Positions 25,241 to 38,090 of a stretch of 64,000 nt of DNA are shown here, piece by piece. The position numbers and the translations under genes were made by a program. Within the stretch, counting starts at the first letter, position 1; every line of letters begins with the position of its first letter. This DNA comes from Squalus acanthias (Eukaryota): NCBI GenBank assembly GCA_030390025.1, contig CM059432.1:62560001-62624000 (forward strand), in the 5' to 3' direction. The notes below the pieces were generated by a model. It had not been told where the DNA came from. It was given only the letters and a program-made list of their open reading frames with translations, and did no database searches.

Positions 25241-28200
25241 CTGATTCATCAGTCAACGCTTTTTGAAATGTGTAGTTTGAGGGGAGGGGGCAGTTTCCTT
25301 GTCACATGTGTTTGCAATACACACACAGCCAGGCCTATATCTGCAGTGTGTTTAATTTATTACCTAGTCGAAAGCCCCGGCCTTTTTTGGCCTTTGCGTG
25401 TTTGGCCTACACGCCTTTCGGGCCACAGAAATATGAAACATTGTTTTTCGTGTTAAGTTTCAGGTTCTGTTGAGTGCTGCAGACTCTTAGTGCAGTATTC
25501 GGTTTGCTGCAAGATGTCTAATGTTTGGAGATCAAGTTTATTTACAAACTCTCCTGTGACGTATATAATAATTTGCAAATACAGCTGTGGCAAAGAGGAA
25601 GTAACTATACTATATTTAGTGTTAAAACTAAAGCTAAAACTTTTTTGCAAAATTCGTAACTTTGCTGTATTTGATTTGTTTTACAAATGAATATTTGACG
25701 CTATAGTTTAATCGTAATCTTTTCATTTTCTGCGTATCTTTTGTGGGCCATATAGTTGAGCGTGTTGAGATTTATGGTAGACATAAGGAAACTTCATTCA
25801 TGCAGATTATAAATGGGAATATTAGAATAAACGTTCTAACTCATTGGTCAGGGATTAACGAATTTACAACCGTAGCATGAAATGAGAAGTTAAACTTGGT
25901 TTTGTAAGTATTTTGATGCATCCTTTTAAGAAATATGCTTTGTTGCGATATAATTTACATGGGGTATTTTTATTGCAGCACCTATTCAGTGTAACAGCTG
26001 ATTCGAGTAGTTTCCTATTTCTGTCGCCTCCCAAAGTATGCTCTCTCCCTGTATAGTCTTCTCTATAGCAGCTTGGTGAGTGGCAGGCAAGCTCCAATGT
26101 CAGTCTTGGGAGGGAACAGCAATTGCAACTTCATTTTATAGAGTTTGACTCCAAGGTGGATTCAGAATATTAGTTTCAGTAAGTAATTGAAAATATTGCA
26201 GTGTAAATTCTTGATTTATTCTGCCTCGGTTTAATGTGTGATTTTTTTTCATTAAGGGGCTCTGAAATAGTTGCTGTTGGGCTGTGATCTGTAGTCTTTT
26301 TATTCATAGAGAATTCAGGTGGAATGTTAACTGGTTTGCAGTAAAATAGTGTGTTGGGTTTCAAACCTCATTCAAATATTTAACCTTTCAGTGATGTAGT
26401 GTTTAAATTATGTGGTTATAGGCTTTGTCCTAGCAGGGCTGATACTTGATCCAGTCATATGTGCTGCCAGGTAATATACAGTACATTGCACAAAGATGCT
26501 TTTATTGTTTTGCCTTGTTGAAAGCATAATTCATTGGTTGAGCTGCACAGGAATGGTAGTGGAGAATTGAGGTCTGTGTACTAAAGAATCTATTTTCTTT
26601 CTTGCCTTTGGAGCCTAGTGTCCTTCCATAGGTATTGATAACCCAAGCAATAGACAGTAAAAATGTTAAGGCTAGTTTATCAAATGTTAGGACGTTTCCT
26701 CATTGATTTGTTCTGAGGAAGAATGCATGGAACTGGGAAGGTATGGTTTATTGTGTTGCCTCTCGGGTGCCAGGATAAGGAACTCAAAGATTCATATGGG
26801 ACCTAAAGACAGAAAAGAAAGTGATTTTGAAAAGGAAGTTTGAGGATTTGGGTGTGAAATGATACATCAAGGGTAGTACAGTGCTTTAAGAGAGCAGGAG
26901 TTTAACAGTTCTAATTACTCTTGGTGTTCTGTTAGGCCAGTTAAAGACAAGCATAGATGTATCAAATTGTGGCTTGTGAGATGGTGTGGAAGGGAGGGTT
27001 TCAGATTCTTAGTCCATTGGGCTGAGTTCTGGGCAAGTGTAAGGTTTATAAACTGGACAGTCCTGAACCAAACCAATACTGATGGGCTTGCAGTGAGGCT
27101 AAATAGAGTAGTGGGGAGGATTTAAACAAGTAAAGCACAGGGAAGGGCAAATCAAAACTGCAGAATTGATAACCTGGAGAGAGAGGAAAAATATTGGAAG
27201 TGGAGGTAGGTAATGAGTTAAGCAAGATAATAAATTGGGAGTACCAGTAGGTGGCGGAAAACAGTCACCAAACAGTGTAATTAACTGAGACTTGACAAAC
27301 TTTGGTTATATTCCCTACAAATGAGGAGGTTAAAGGGTGATCTGATTGACTCAATGAAGGCAGTTGACAGGGACTTGGAACTGTTATTTCTCCAGTTGGA
27401 GAATCCAGATCAAGAGGTCACACAGTTTGAACGTAGCTTGTTAAATGTAAGTTTCTTCCAATGTTGAGCCCGCAAGACCATAGATGCTGAATTAATTGAG
27501 GTTCTTAAAAGTAGGATAGCTACTTAGAAAGTCTTGGCTGTGCTCTTTGATGTAGGAAAGATTTGAATATATTTTGTCTGTTTAAATTGTGAATTCTGGG
27601 AGATTCTCTCACTGCTAACTTACCTGACGAAGGAGCGAACTGTTCCGAAAGCTTGTAAAATTAAATAAATCTGTTGGACTATAACCTGGTGTTGTGCGAC
27701 TTCTCATACTTAGAAAGTGAGTATTAAGGCATGTGGAGAAAGTGTGGGAAATTGGGATTAGAAAGGTAAAGAGCAGCTGAAGCTCTCCTAAACTCCTGTC
27801 TCTCCACCCCTTTCTCCAACTTCAAACACATCTCGCAAAACTTACCTCCTTGATAGGAGCAGGAATAGTGGTGTCTTTCACTCTTGTACTTTCCTCCAAC
27901 TTGTTTGGCGTTCTCTGATCTCCCATAAAGCGCTTTGGAAAATTTGTTACGTGAGCGATGCCACGTTAATGAATTCATCTCTGTAATTTTTGTGAATTTG
28001 GATATTAAAGATTTATGTACTTACTAATGACTATATACCATCTCGTATATTTAAAAAAAAAAGCCTTTACCTGGATTATGCTAGTGTTTACAAAAATGGT
28101 TTTTGGTGTCTCACTTGTCTTCTGATGCAAGTGGATGTCTGTTGTGCTATGTTGTGTTGCTGCAAGAATATTTTCATGTAACCTATGGTCCATTTGAAAA

Positions 28201-31200
28201 AGGGTGTATTTGGTAAATCGGGTGGGTACTTTTGTCAACACTTGAAGTTCTTTTACAAGAAAATTATCAAATGGCACAGGTTAATTGTTCATAAATTATT
28301 GAAGCATTGATAGTTGCAGCACTAATAGTTTTGGCATGTAGGTGGTATTTCTGAAGCCTGTAAGGTAATTTGTTGTAGCAGCATCTGTTCTGCTTTTGCC
28401 AGGTTCTTTGATCATTGGGGGATGAGAGCAGTTGGATACAGGACTCCTATTTTTCTACATTGATCAGCACCTCTGCATAGCAATGCAGCTGAAGTTGGGA
28501 ACTTGGTGGAGTAGGAATGAAACCATCTACTAGTGCTGTCAGTTTTATTTTGACGTAGCTTTCTAATATGAGACTGTACTAAGTCAGTTAGAAAGGAAAC
28601 CTTCAGTAGATGCTGTTGCGTGTCTGGAGAAAAGGTTTATTTTTGATCAATTCAAACTCCCTTATTTTATATTGAACAGTTAATTTTTAAAAATTCTGTG
28701 GAACTTCCAATTCATACTAACATTTGTGCAGGAAATATTCTTGCAATTTAACTCTGGTTCCATGGCTGCCTATTGAACTTATTATAGAATGAAAAGAGTT
28801 GGCCTTTTACCATTCACTTTTCTAGTTGGGCAAATCTGATACTGAAAGTTAATAATCAATATGGGGGATCTCTTCTCTTTCCCTCTCCCCCCCCCCCCCC
28901 CCAAACTCTGGAATTGGTTCTTGGGTGCTGGTTGCCTGCTGGTATCTAACTCAAGTTGAAATTCTTCATGTGAGCATGGCCAGTAAATTTGTCATGTCAG
29001 AATAAAGTGGTCTTCTACTCGATCTGCCTGTTTGCATTCAGACATCCCTTCCCATTTTTGTGGTCCCTGGCTGACATTGATAATCGGTGCCAAACTGGGG
29101 AGTTTTGTGCTGTGGTTTTGTGCCAAAACTAATTTCTTAGTCTGTCTTTTCCCAGATTGGAAGGATTCTAATAAATTAATTTAAAATAAACTCAAATCTT
29201 AATTTATTTTGAAAGAAAGTTAGTAGAAGCGGATGTCTCGACCAGCATCTATAATAAAGTCACAACATTTGGTACACTTGTTCAGAATGATTTCAACTAT
29301 ATCCTTCCATTAAACCCAAGAAATTTGGGGAGTGGAACTCTGTCCTCGGGTCCTCTTTCTGTTTTGCCTCCTCGCCAGTGTAACTGTATCCCTTCCCAGA
29401 TTTTTTTTGGTAAAAGCCACTTTTCCCATGTTACAGAATGTCTATCTCTACCTTTGCATCTTTTTATCCAGTAGGAGTTATGTCGGTAGCTTCCTTGATT
29501 CACATCAGAATAATGAAGTGCAAGTTTTTCTAGGACCATATCACATCTGTTATTTAAATGCAATAACTGATACATAGGGAATGGCAGCCATTTTGTGCAA
29601 AACAAAATCCCACCAACAGTAATGAAGATAAATAACCAGTGCCACATTTTGGGGTTTAAAAAAAAAACACATCTCCATAAATATTCACACATTAGGAATT
29701 AAAATGCCTCATCCATTTGAGCTCAGCAGGAATTAGCTTCAACTAGCTCTCACTTGTGTGGGAGGGGATGGAAGCTGGTTCTGGACAGTTGGAGAGTCAG
29801 GTGTTAAGCTGTTGACTTCCTGTCCAGTTATGGAAAAAAGAACACGGGAATATGTGGTTTCATTTGGTGAAGGCTGACTGGAAAAGTGAAGTTAGTCTGC
29901 AAGGAGGTTTAATGAATTAAGTTGGTGAGGTGAGATTTACTGTAAGTGTTACTGTGTATATGTTAATTGTAAAATAAACCTGTTCAACCTCATCTCACTA
30001 AGGGCTTTTGGAAGATTGAGGAAGTGCATGTGTGAATGTAATATCCAGTTCATATAACAAAGGGGGTTTAATCGTTACAACTGTTAGTCATGCTATCTTA
30101 TGACTAGATACAATAGGATTTGAAATCTGCTTGAGAGACTATCTAGCACAGTCTGGACATTTCTGACTTTTTTTAAATGAGATTGGTTGAGGGAAGGAGG
30201 ACAGTGGGTGAATTTCCTGCTCCTCTTCAAATAGTGGCTTGTAATTTTTGATAATCACCAGCAGACTGAGCCTTGGTTCAACATCGGATCCCTCGGTAGC
30301 ACACTAGAGTGTAATCTTAAATTAGGCGCCCATGTCCTGGTGCGGAGCTCAAAAGCACAATGGCCCGGAATTTGCGGCCAGCGGCAAAGCAATGGCTTTT
30401 GCTGCTGGCCCCGAAGTAAGCTTCGCACAAAGATCTTGCGATCTGTGTTGAAGTTCGGGTTTTCTGACAAGTAATTCAAATCAACGGAGTTTAGTGGGGA
30501 TCCCAGAGTGCGAGCTGCTGTGATGTCAGCAAGCTGTTTAAGTAGCCAATCAAAACACACAATTCTCATAGACAGCGAACAAGGAAGTGAGTAAGCTCTT
30601 AAAATTCTAACTTTTTAAAAATGTAAGAGCAAAACAAAGATTGGGGCTCTCACATGGGGAAAAGGCAAACCTGAAATAAAGATGAACAAATTTTCTAAAG
30701 TTTCTTTATTTTAATTTTTATTAAAATGGATAAATTTGACATAACCTTTGTTTAACAGTCAATATGCTGTTAAAACCACAGTTACAATTAATTCCTTTGG
30801 GTCTAACTTTTAGTGGGGAATTTAACAGCGGTATTACTGCGAAAGAGCCGAAGGTTTCTGTGATTTGAGAGATTACATTGATTGCTGGCTCTGAGGGGAG
30901 TGTCAGCGCAGCCTGCGTTGGAGCAGTGAATGACAGACCGCAACTTTAGGATTTGTGCATGCGCCAAATCCCTAAGTTGCGGTCAGTTTCAAAGGCAAAA
31001 TGATGGCAAATGCAGCCAGTTTGCTGTCGTCCGTACCGCAAATTCCGGGCCATCGTGTTGATCCAGATACGAGTGCTACAGACTGAGCCAAGCTGACATG
31101 CAATGAGCCTCTTCCATTGATCGCTTTGATGGTTGTTCTGTGTTTAACCTTTTAACAATAGTCCCAACAAGTATATCTTGTGGTCCTTATCAATGGCTAT

Positions 31201-34200
31201 CTTATGTGACTTGGATATGGTGCTCACTAATGCTCTGCACAAGGGTGCCACCTTCTGAGCATCAATGCCAGTGTCTACTTTGGTGAGCATTCCAATTTAC
31301 CAGTCAGTGAAGAGTGCAATAGAATATGGAAGATCTTCAATTGATTTAAGCTTATCAGCGCACTGTTAGAAGCCAAGTACACATTTTTAACATTGTAGAG
31401 GAGATTTTTCATTGCTTTTGTCTGAAACCTTGGTGAAAGACCAGAGTGGTGATAAAGTTGCTTCACTCTGCCCCAACAATGTTTCTTAACTCCAGCTTCA
31501 GAGAGTACCCCTGTTGCACTAATTTGCTTTTACACCCTTCACGTATCCTACTTCAGGCATCCATAAAGCCTCTGATTGCGTTTATCATTTTGGTACCAAA
31601 TAGGGAGTGAGAAATGTGTACAAAAGATCGCCAGCTTTAAAGGAGTTGCGATTTGCTTAGTTTCTCATCATGGAGTTGTATAATGAGTCACAAACCCTTG
31701 GGCTATTTTAATTTTAACAGAAGTATTGGACAATTAAAACTGTCCTTATTGGCTCTGAATGCATGCACTTCAAACCACAGATTTTGTAAAGCTGTCAACT
31801 TGAGAAAGGCTACATAGATGGTTGATGTAGGAAATGGGGTGGGTGGGGGGGGGTACTTATGAAATATACAGACCAGGAAGGTCCCAGGTAGGATACTGAG
31901 TCTGTTAAGTAAGCTGATCTTGGCTTGGGAGGCAGTGGGATGCATAACTAAACTCAGTTTCCCTGGACTAGGGTCGAAAGAAATAATCGAGTTACAATGC
32001 TGATCACACATTCCTTGCTGATGTATGGACACCATGCAAGGACAGGAACAATCTTGGCTCTTGTGGAGAGGGAAACTGAACATTTCAGGTCGGTTCTGAT
32101 GAAATATCATCGACCTGAAGCGTTAACTCTGTTTCTCTCCACAGATGCTGCCTGACCTGAGTATTGTTTTTATTTAGATTTAACAACTTGATTCAGTTTA
32201 TTTTGTTTTTAGGATGAGTTCATAGCACTTTTAATTAATAAATTATCAATTGGTACTTAAACAAGAAACAAAAATGTTGATGCATGTTTGGGTGAGTGAG
32301 CTTTCCTTTGTCAAACTCATTATCAAACACAATTTGACACCGAGCTGCTTAAGGAGAAATTAGAACAGGTGACTCAAAGCTTGGACAAAGGTAGGTTTTA
32401 AGGAGCATCTTAAAAGAGCAGCGGGGGTTTAGGGAGGGAATTCCGAGCTGCTTCATGCGGTGAAAATACATATTGCAGGAATCTATCTGGGATTTTGTGA
32501 AATCCATCCTGAAATTACTTTTGTCCCCTGTAGGCAAGTAATTACTATGTATTACATACACTTGGCACACTGAGTTCATTGCTGGTATGAATTAACAGGA
32601 TGTGATTAAGAAACTGCTGGATTTTCTAGTTGTGGTGATTTGTTATAAATTTTAATTGCGTATCTGAGTACCATATGGATTTGTATATTTTATGTAACAA
32701 TATTGCATAAAGCAAGAATGTTAATGTAATTAAATTGCAATTTCTGTTAAGCCAGTCGTAAACACTTTTTAGTGTAACTTAATTTGCAGATCTAACTGGG
32801 GGAATTTTACATTCCATATTGTGGTGTTTGAAAGGGCATATAGGTATTTTTAACTTGATAGTTCTGGTCTTCTTTTTTTTTGTTTACAAAGTATTTCAGA
32901 TCTTGATGTTGGCTTACGGTTTAACTAACTCATTGTTTTATGTTGGACAGTTCCTCGCAATTTTTGTTTGTTGGAAGAGCTTGAAGAAGGGCAGAAAGGT
33001 GTAGGTGATGGAACTGTGAGCTGGGGCCTCGAGGATGATGAAGATATGACACTCACACGATGGACAGGAATGATTATTGGGCCACCCAGGGTCAGTAAAT
33101 TACCAAGTAATGTCATTATTGAGTTAAAATACTATTTTCCAGATGTTCTGTCCTCATGCTATACCTTGGAGGGAAAATTGTGCTCATGTTTTTCCACTTT
33201 GCTGTAAGGGTTGATTTGCATCAATTTTGATGTAATCAATACTAAAGGGACACTTTCAAAAATAGCGATGAACTCGTGTCCTGCTGTGTAATACCTCACT
33301 GTTTAGTGCTGTGTTGATACCTTAAGCCAGTGGGTGGAAGGCTCGAAGGTAGATGGCTAGTGCTTTATAGCAGTGGTTCTCAAACTATTTTGGTTGAAGG
33401 ACCCCTTTTCAAATCAATTATTAATCACGGACCCCCCCCCCCCCTCTAAATTATAATACTCATACAAAGAAAGTGCTGCATGTAAAGTGTTTAATGTTTT
33501 TAAGGAAACCGGTATTTACTTAGATATCAGTGAGATGGGCGTGCCTGCTTCTCTCTGCAGTCAGTCTATCCTTGGTGGGATGTTTGACTATTTATTTAAA
33601 GCTGTGCCTGCTGTTCATGTTCCTACTTGTTACAATAATTTTAGTACTGTCCTAAAAACTACTGCTCATCTACGGATTTTAATTACAAACCTTTTTTAAA
33701 TGTAATTTGAAATTGACAAAAGCTTCAATTTTAATTCAGTGCTAAAGAAGTGAAAATAAAGAACTCCAGACGATAAATAAAACTCTCAAAAGATACAGCT
33801 GCATGAGTGATTGGGATTGTCTGCTTCACACCCGTCCGCCGACATCCACATCAAACAGACTTGTTCTTTTCGCGATCAGGGCGTTCCCAGCGGGTCAGGA
33901 ACAAGTCCTTGCATTTCCAGCTCTCAGCCAGTCCGCACCCTGCCGTCTCCAGCCAGTGACACGCGAACCCAAACCCCAACACTCCTCTCCCCTCCCCCCC
34001 CAAAAAACAACAGCCGGACAACCTGACAGGCCCCGGGTCTCCAACAGCCCCGCTCCCTCCACCGCGCAACTTTCCCAGCACATAAATCAGTGTTGCCACA
34101 TTCACAGGATTTTAGCTCAATTTGGCCCAGCGGTGATTTCAACTCACCGGCATTAATGATCCAAGATTATCCCACGCAACTGGTTCGGGAAAAGTTCACT

Positions 34201-37200
34201 CAACGAATAAAAACCTGCCAGCAGGAGACTCGTGAATGACGGTGACTCGCCCTTGGTTGAACTTTAAAACATAGCGACTTGACAACTGACAAAACTTTTA
34301 TATTTTTCAGTCGCCCTTGCCAGCCAGCCAGCCAACCTCTGCTCCTCCCACAGACACCAGTGAGGCCATTGGTAGGAACCTGAACGTGAGCATTCTGGTC
34401 CCGCCTCCTTCCCGATCCTCTGGTTCATTTTTGCAGTTTGCAATTTTTCAGATCTTCAACGAATAATTGGTCAATGTTTTGTGGACCCCCTGTAATGTCT
34501 CTGTGGACAGACCCCAGTTTGAGAATCACTGCTTTATAGAAGTCTTTGGGGCCTTGGGTGGCCCTCATTTTTATGTAGCTAAGGTCCCCAGAAGGACCTG
34601 CTGAAGGCAGTGTCCTCAGCCATGGCAAAATCATCCCCTCTTTGCACTGGCTGCCTTCGCTAACTTACTCTAACGTTTGAGGGGGCTGGTTGAAGGGCAT
34701 GCACATTGAACTGTCCTGAGTCAGCTCCCCTGTATATGTACACATCTGCTAGAGCATTGATGGTGGGCAAGGGTTCTGACTGGCCATTGAGCAAGGGTTC
34801 TGACTGGCCACTGGACAAATCTAGCTTCAATAGATTGGAATCCAGAATAGAGAGCCTGTGGAAATCATGGTAGTTTGTAAAACTGGGTCGCCCTTTCCTG
34901 GTTTTTTTTGCCCCTTCCATAGGGAATGCAATGAACTGGCCAGTGCTGCTCCTATATTCTCCATCAGTTCGTTATGAAGCTGTCACTTGCTCCATGTTCA
35001 GCTGCAGACCCATACATGCATCTAGCCTGGTGTCACGGAGGAATCCACTAGCTGCATCTATCAGAATCACCATTTGACACATTCCTGGATACCTCATTGG
35101 CAGCCTTGACTTAGGATTGGAAACTGTGCCAGCATCATTCTTTTAATTGGCAGACCTCAGCTGTCCTGTGGCTTCTCCGTCAAGGGCAGGAATCTTCTCC
35201 TGACAGCTACAGTTGAGTACCCATCAACAACATTGTCGTTCTCCTTACCACTCATGCGAAGTGTCTCACCAGGTGATCCTCACTAATGCAAAGCAGTCCA
35301 TTGCAGGTGGGTGTCATTGAGCTGGTGCTTGGTACAGGGGAAGCAATGATCCAATGGGTGGCTAATTTTAGGAGGAAGGGAGAATTAGGGTCCTTGGTCC
35401 TGTGGCTGCTGCTCCTTTTGGTGTTGCTCTGGTTCATCTGAAAGGAAATAGAGAAGTTGGCATGGGTGCGATAAACGTCAAAATCTGAAGCAGTTTTCAA
35501 ACAAATTGGAGGTTAAACCTGACGGTTCTTTATGCCAACAGATTGCAGTTGAGTGGCTGTGTCTGGCGAGACTTTATGCAAAAGGCTTCCATGATAATTG
35601 GAATGTCTACTGGTCTGCTACTTTTGCATTTGCTCTATAAATAAAGTGCAAATTCTAATGTTTTTCTTTCAGACTTGCTTTGAAAACAGAATATACAGCC
35701 TGAAAATAGAGTGTGGAACTAAATATCCAGATGCACCTCCAATTGTTAGATTTGTAACAAAAATAAATATGAATGGAATAAATAATTCCAATGGAATGGT
35801 GAGTAAACTATTACCTAATTGTTTTCAAAACATTTGTTTAATGGTTTATTGGCCGTGTAATATCTAACTTTTTGCCTTTTGACCTTTCTGTTCATTTCTC
35901 CTTCCTTCTGGCTTTTTGTATGAAAATGAGTTTATTTGCTCCCTTAATTGAGTCATGCTATATGTTGGCACACCATCCTTGACTAAGAACCTGGATAGGT
36001 GATCAGCATGTACACTTTTGTCAATGCTGCTTTAAAAACTGGCTGTTAGAGCACGTAAGGGAAGGGGAGGATGACTTGCTTCCAAAGTTTTCCCCTATTA
36101 ATGTGGGAAAACACTATGTATTTGGTAGTGCCCGGCAATGCAGCTTTAATCGAGTAGAATAACAGTTGGGATCCATGTACAGTATATGGTGCTATATGCT
36201 GGACAATAGTCCTGCATAACTTTGTTTTGCTTTGTATTTCTCTTGTTCCCCTGCAACCCCCTCCCCCCAAATTAAATATCAGCTTGGCTCAATTGGAAGC
36301 ATTCTCCTCTGATTTGGATTCAGCCCCCATTCCAGGGAACAAATAATCAGGCTGGCATTCCATTGCAGTACAGAGGAAGTGCTGCAATGTTAGATCTGCC
36401 ATCCTTCGTATGAAATGCCAAACCAAGGATACAGGTAGGTATTGAAGAACTCAACTATTTGAAGAAAAGTAGGGTGTTGTCTCAGGGTCCTGGCTGGCAT
36501 TCCTCCCTTAACCAACGCTACCAAAAACAGATCAGTTGGTAATTTGGTTTATTGGTGCTTGTGGGATATTGCTGTGCACAAGCATTTGCCAACATTATTC
36601 ACTGCACCTACAAAGTGATTCATTGTGTGAAGTGGTTTGAGCTTTTGAGATGTGATCAGGTGCTACGTAAATGCTACTGATGTATGGAGAATGGCAAGAT
36701 CTTTTGTAATTCGCCATCTGAAAGAACCCAATATTCTAAGATTCTGTCTGCATCATTACATCACCCAAGGGTGGGGGGGGGGGAGCGGTTATACACACAA
36801 TTGTAGAATTTATTTTTTTAAATCAGGAAGTGATCTATTTTTGGATAACTAATTTATAATTCATTCCCTGCTATCTGTTGTCCTATATGTTCTTCATGGG
36901 TAATAGATAGGGAAAATAGGAATGATCAAGGAGAACTAGTACATAATGAGTCTTAGAGGAAGTAATGTGAGGAAACTGACTTGCCTTCCTTATTCCCCTC
37001 TTTCTCATTGGTATAATTGCGATCAGTAGCGCATTATGTTGGGAATTGTGAGGCCAACTCGTATCCTACCATCCCATGGTGCAGCCCATTGGGACTTGTA
37101 TACTGCAGCATCATTGGGATAACCCCATTCTCCCCAAATCTCATGACTGCTACAGATAGTACAGAGGAATCGGTGAGGCAACATGACTACATTGTGAGCC

Positions 37201-38090
37201 TAATATTGTTAGGATTAAAATTTGGTCCAAAACAATATAGTTTTACACCTTTTTATAGAATGAATAAAATGCAACTCCTTGGTTAAGCCAATTTGTATTC
37301 TTCTATCTGATCAAGTTTTGTCTCTAGTAGGTAAGTGAAATCCTTTTCATGTTAACGTAATTCATAAATTGTACATCTACATTAAGGATTTATAGAGATT
37401 ATTTGAATAGATCCCAGCAGGCAGAAAGTGGTGGACTGTAATTTTGTGTAGTGAGGTTAATTCTTGGGAGTTTTGATAAAGTTCAGCAAAACTAAAATAG
37501 ACTGGATTTATTCAGTTGTATACAAGACTACATTTTCAATGGAAATTGAAATTTGTTTTAGCTAAAAGTCTTGACTATCTGATCAGAAGGTTTCACTTTC
37601 CTTTTTAGAATCCTAATTCAGAAATTTTTGTGTATTCATACAAAATTTGTGTCTCTTTCTCTTCTTCCCCCTTCTTTTCTCCCCCTCTTTCTTTCCCCCC
37701 CCCCCCCCCCCCCCCCCCCCGCCCGCCGCCAACACCTACCACCACTTTCATTGGTTGACCCAGCTACAGAAGTCTGGCAAGCTTTCAGTTTTGTTAAACT
37801 ATTACATTTGACAGCTGTAAAGGATAAATTTAAATTAACTGTGTAGGTTACTATACCTTAAACTGTGGTCTTGTGACTGCTTAGTAATAGCAAAAAAAAC
37901 TGTTTAAAACTACGTGTGCATTTTACACTTTTTTTTCTTGCAGGTGGATTCACGTAGCATACCAATTCTATCAAAGTGGCAAAATTCCTATAGTATTAAG
38001 GCTGTACTTCAAGACCTACGGCGTATGATGACATGCAAAGAGAATGTGAAGATTTCACAGCCCCCCGAAGGACAAACTTACAGCAATTAA
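24745..38090 (+). CDS. UBE2V2: Ubiquitin-conjugating enzyme E2 variant 2 (MMS2/UEV), 4 coding exons, about 142 aa
   Basis: Exons 24745-24760 (ATGACAGGCTGCCGAG|gt, less certain), 32951-33090, 35673-35798, 37944-38090. Translation [52 protein letters not shown]...[32 protein letters not shown]...[10 protein letters not shown]. Position immediately downstream of MCM4, as in other vertebrates, supports V2 rather than V1. Confidence 0.93.
27533..27706 (+). mobile_element. Penelope-like element fragment flanked by a 12-bp TSD, inserted in a CR1 3' remnant
   Basis: TACTTAGAAAGT at 27521-27532 and again at 27707-27718. Internal CTGACGAAGGAGC...TTCCGAAAGCTTG...AATAAATCTGTTGGACTATAACCTGGTGTTG is typical of PLE pseudo-LTRs. 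Confidence 0.75.
27620..27658 (+). ncRNA. Minimal type I hammerhead ribozyme motif
   Basis: Stem I TTAC/GTAA, core CTGACGA, stem II GGAGC/GTTCC with 5-nt loop, GAAA, palindromic AGCT stem III. Confidence 0.65.
30362..31051. mobile_element. PIF/Harbinger-type MITE (690 bp)
   Basis: Perfect 16-bp TIRs GGCCCGGAATTTGCGG / CCGCAAATTCCGGGCC. Inserted in a decayed minus-strand SINE. A second copy lies inverted at 53385-54155. Confidence 0.85.
32062..32175 (+). mobile_element. Penelope-derived fragment with degenerate hammerhead core and inverted partial copy
   Basis: CTGATGAAATATCATCGACCTGAAGCGTTAACTCTGTTTCTCTCCACAG preceded by its inverted counterpart TGTGGAGAGGGAAAC..CATTTCAGGTCG. Confidence 0.6.
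33371..34531. mobile_element. Non-autonomous hAT (Charlie-like) transposon, 1161 bp
   Basis: TIRs CAGTGGTTCTCAAAC / GTTTGAGAATCACTG (one mismatch) and a perfect 8-bp TSD CTTTATAG (33363-33370, 34532-34539). Confidence 0.92.
34640..35300 (-). pseudogene. Decayed Harbinger transposase remnant
   Basis: Minus-strand pieces AASGFL, EQVTA, GQFIAFP and [12 protein letters not shown] occur in the order of the HARBI1-type motifs ATGSFQ, QVT.AL, YI.FP and FxNRKGFHSLN. Confidence 0.45.
36280..36675 (+). mobile_element. Degenerate DeuSINE copy
   Basis: Diverged match to 2172-2641 throughout. Confidence 0.6.

Noticed and set aside
24488..25456. ORFs of 90-112 aa in the CpG island
   Set aside because: Low-complexity GC-rich translations on both strands; only the 16-nt UBE2V2 first exon fits a gene model.
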